Shown: in pieces, positions 63,301-64,000 of the stretch | Layout: each line of letters starts with the position of its first letter | Numbering within the stretch: the stretch's first letter is position 1 | DNA from: Bugula neritina | Lineage: Eukaryota; Animalia; Bryozoa | Assembly: GCA_964035545.1 (NCBI GenBank) | Contig: OZ037770.1 | Location: 4,496,662 to 4,560,661 of the forward strand | Reading direction: 5' to 3' | Length of the DNA: 64,000 nucleotides | Notes under the pieces: model-generated | Databases searched by the model: none | The model's input: the letters and a program-made list of their open reading frames with translations, nothing else | What the model was told of the DNA's origin: nothing | Position numbers and translations under genes: made by a program

Positions 63301-64000
63301 GAATAAATTCACCAGTCTCCCATCTTCAGTGTGTGCATTGAGTAATCTGTACACACTGGATATATCCGAGAACAGATCCATGACATCCTTGAACCCGGAG
63401 ATACTACAGCTAACACATCTTGGGTCTTTCCATACATATGGATGTGATGCTCTTAAATCTCCTCCACTAGAAGTCTGTAAAAGAGGACTGGATGCTGTGC
63501 GACAATACTACACAGACTTGGTTAAAGGCGCTGGTAGAAATCTTCCATTTGCGACAATAGTCATGCTGGGGAACACCATGGCAGGAAAAACCAGTCTAAT
63601 CAGAACATTACAGAGCACTGACAAGAAGAGAGTTCTGACTGACAGAAGTCCTAATGCAGAGTATGATGAAACTACAAAAGTGTTTATGGTGGAAGAGGTG
63701 GAAGTAAATGGTACAACTCTTCGTTTCATAGATATGGGAGGCCAGGAGGTCTACCATATCACATACCATTTAACACTGAGACAAAATTGCGTACCAGTAA
63801 TTGTAGTCAACATGGAGCAGTATGATAAGATTTCAAATGAGTCTACAGACAGAGAGGCTGTGAGAAAGTTGGCTTTTGACTTCATGTCTCACCTCTATCT
63901 CACTCATCCAACTCTTGGTCCGCCTACCCTTGTCTTCACACACAAAGATAAGTTTTCGAGTGAAATTTTCCAACAGCTTCGAAAAAAGTTTCTTGAAGTG
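45314..64000 (+). CDS. LRR-Roc (ROCO-family, MFHAS1/MASL1-like architecture) GTPase; continues beyond the window
   Basis: Start gccATGg at 45314. Exons 45314-45326, 45776-46007, fourteen 138-nt LRR exons (46852-54434) and 63259-64000+, all phase-compatible. The last exon has about 3 LRRs, the [18 protein letters not shown] hinge, P-loop GNTMAGKT (63569-63592), DMGGQEVY and THKD. Candidate 5'UTR exons end at 40389 and 43003. COR domain is expected downstream but not seen. Confidence 0.92.
46852..54434 (+). repeat. Tandem array of 14 exon+intron units (about 540-600 bp), each exon encoding two 23-aa LRRs
   Basis: Exons: 46852-46989, 47390-47527, 47985-48122, 48550-48687, 49108-49245, 49707-49844, 50284-50421, 50842-50979, 51422-51559, 51980-52117, 52560-52697, 53122-53259, 53718-53855, 54297-54434. 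Consensus [45 protein letters not shown]; all open. Confidence 0.96.
54765..61953 (-). mobile_element. Decayed Gypsy element, antisense in the last LRR intron of the ROCO gene
   Basis: 3' LTR 54765-55073 (TGTAGT...ACTACA), PPT from 55074. Fragmented gag/pol highly similar to the intact element. Only about 24 bp of the 5' LTR remain (61930-61953). Flanks ATAT and ACAT; host intron sequence resumes after 61953. Confidence 0.93.
55461..56547 (-). pseudogene. Accessory ORF3 homolog of the decayed Gypsy (zinc-finger-like plus frameshifted coiled coil)
   Basis: [20 protein letters not shown]....C..Y.VD...P.FL..I.P aligns with 38095-38769. Coiled-coil piece at 55461-55643. Confidence 0.75.
62500..62870. 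repeat. Diverged tandem duplication, about 180-bp unit x2, intronic
   Basis: CAGAAGTATTTTATTTT..ATTACTTTAATGC..CAGAGCTGTA..TAGTAGAATA.CAGTGTGAACAGTTACTCAGT occurs twice. Confidence 0.7.

Overview
AT-rich, intron-containing eukaryotic DNA, most likely an invertebrate animal (inference). Host genes: the 3' end of a divergent caspase-like gene (164-862, +); a 9-exon PRODH2-type (hydroxy)proline dehydrogenase with an in-frame TAA (6923-13185, -); the last two exons of RPF1 (14939-16020, -); a tiny signal-peptide plus single-TM gene (about 18.4-19.0 kb, -); and a large LRR-Roc (ROCO) GTPase gene (45314 to beyond 64000, +). The ROCO gene is the highlight. Its LRR region is built from 14 tandem 138-nt, phase 2-2 exons (two LRRs each) with near-identical frameworks and introns but hypervariable codons at predicted solvent-exposed beta-strand positions, consistent with a diversifying immune-receptor cassette array. 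A decayed copy of its Roc exon lies at 24.65-24.98 kb. Mobile DNA: a degraded RTE LINE; a truncated LINE; a full-length LINE (26911-40279, 12-bp TSD) whose ORF1 has a J-domain-like HPD motif; an intact young Gypsy element nested in that LINE (31862-39354, matching LTRs) with a non-env, apparently spliced zinc-finger ORF3; a related decayed Gypsy in the last LRR intron (54765-61953); an LTR-like segment, a gag relic, SINEs and satellites. All calls are manual translations and alignments; no database searches were run.
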